Shown in pieces: positions 57,290 to 64,000 of a DNA stretch of 64,000 bases. A program made the translations under genes and the position numbers. Position 1 is the first letter of the stretch. Each line of letters begins with the position of its first letter. Under the pieces are notes generated by a model, which did no database searches, had not been told where the DNA came from, and was given only the letters and a program-made list of their open reading frames with translations. The stretch comes from the human T2T-CHM13v2.0 reference genome, Homo sapiens: assembly GCF_009914755.1 (NCBI RefSeq), contig NC_060944.1. One strand, 5' to 3'.

Positions 57290-58951
57290 GTAAGAGCCAT
57301 CCATTCTGTGGCCCCTCTGCTACCCTTAACGGCAGGGATCTCAGGCTCCTGCCCTGTGGGGCAGTGAGTGATCTTGATCACTCACTGGGGGCTGTGCAAG
57401 AGAAACAGACCTGGCCAATGTCAGGGATGTGGGGATGGCCATTTGCTCTGCTGTCCTAAGAGACCAGTAACATTGATATAGAAATGGGCACTATTAATGC
57501 CGTAAATGAAAGCCTCTAAGGCATAAGTTTTAGCTTGAGGTTACCAATGTGGATACAGATGATCCAAAAACCTCCTAAAATTCTTCACCCAATTTTATAC
57601 ATTTTGATGCATTTTTTCTGAGACTAGGATCTTTAGCTTCCATTGGATTCATAAAGGGTCTGTTGCCCAAAAGAGATTCAGAGGCTGTGGTCAAAGTTAC
57701 CTCCCTAAGAAGGGCACAACTGGCTCTTTGGACCAAAGACCTTTCATTTCCAGCCTTCCACCACAAGGATGGAGCTTTAGCTGAGTCAGCCAATAGATGG
57801 AATTTTGCACAAAGTCACCAGTTGTCTCCAAATTGTAGGTACTAGTGCTGGCTCTGGACAACTCTGCTGGCTGCCAAATAGACCTGTGAGAGGTCTGCAA
57901 GCCAAACCTCAGGGGTTGACCGGAATTCCATCCAGGGCAGCTTGAAGGAGAAGAGAAAGGTGTCAAAATGATAGAATGCATGTTTGTGTGTTGGGTGAGG
58001 GGAGGGTTGGGAGACCTGCCTTCAACCACAGCTCTGCCATCAATTTATTGTATGACCTTGGGAAAGTCACTACCCCTCTTTGGTCTCCTGGTTCTTCGCA
58101 TGCAATGAAGACTTTGATGGCCCCAGGAATTCCCCAACAAAGGTCTACATGAGATGGTGGCTGTGGCCATGCGACCCCTGTATTGTGTGACTTTCAAGGG
58201 CGTCCACCAACCATCATGGCCTGAGCTCAGGCCAAAGGACTGAACAGGGATGATCTAAAACAGTTCAATTCTTCAGCACTTGCATGTTTAACCCTTCTCA
58301 TTTGCTTTGTCTGAAGAGCAGCAATGATTCAAACCATTGAAGCAAGCCCGATTGGAGAATAAATCTGATGGTTACTTAATTTAACCGAGGGTTCACCTGG
58401 CTCTAGCTTCTAATCCTCTGTCCACCGTGTACTTGTGACCTTGGGGAAAGTTACCCACACTCGGTAGTACACAAGTGGGTTTCAAGAAGGGATGGGAGTA
58501 TATTTGAAACTCCCAACTGCAAACTCACTTGACCTCTGTGAGCCTTGGTTTCTCCTACTGGAAAATCAGACAAGTGAACTGTGGGCAAGATGGAGTGAGG
58601 TGAGGCTGGGATTCTTGGCAAGAAGGAAAAAAACCCTCTTCTTTGGAATGTGGTGGAGTGGGGCTGTCTCCTTTTTAGGCCCCTGATCAGTGGTCCTCAC
58701 CTGTGCAATGCAGGTAACAGGTGCCCATGTCTTAGGGTTGTGATGAAGATGAAATTGTGTAAAGTGGTCAGCCTGTTGCCTGGCAAAGAGAAATTGTTCA
58801 GCAGTGTTAGCTATTACTAGTGACCCCCTGGTGTTCTGGGGAGCAAACAACCCCACCCCCCAGGTGTCAGGGGCAGGTGGTGGATAAATTCCTCTCTGAT
58901 ACCCATGCCATGTTGGACTTGTCATTCTGGCCACAGATACTAAGAGCAAAG

Positions 58952-63741
<4,790 letters not shown>

Positions 63742-64000
63742 GCCTTCCAGGAAGGGGCTGGCCTCTGCTGAGCTGGTAAGTGCCCTTCCCCACACCCCAG
63801 GGTTTTGGGGGCTGGCTGTTCTTCTCCTGGTAGAAGGCAGACGGGAGCTTGGGACAATGACATCCAAAGAAAGAGACAAACATCTACAGAGGTACACACA
63901 GGGATGCACAGAGAAATCCACAGAAAAGCTGACAGAGGTGGAAGGATGCAGGCAGCACAGCAACACAGCTACCAAGAGAAACACACACACAAATGCCCAG

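Overview
Primate (human-type) genomic DNA from the BPI-fold/PLUNC cluster, which I recognise as 20q11.21. All genes lie on the + strand, in this order: the last three exons of BPIFA2 (SPLUNC2/PSP); a nested MER20 > MER4-type LTR > SVA insertion stack; a decayed processed SOCS2 pseudogene; the frameshifted latherin orthologue BPIFA4P (BASE); the complete BPIFA3 CDS (254 aa); and the complete BPIFA1/SPLUNC1 CDS (256 aa, last non-coding exon beyond the window). I placed exons by hand from GT/AG sites and phase continuity. Most entries in the supplied ORF track are Alu, SVA or microsatellite artefacts. I see no wholly new gene system. The most interesting signals are fossils of local exon duplication: (1) an orphan latherin-like signal-peptide exon in BPIFA4P intron 1; (2) a second in-frame stop hidden behind the BPIFA4P frameshift; (3) two halves of BPIFA1 exon 5 copied on either side of exons 2-3; (4) a possible vestigial TATA/exon 1 for BPIFA3; (5) an SVA carrying extra 5' sequence inside its target-site duplication. 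Repeat family names come from my memory of consensus sequences, not from a search.
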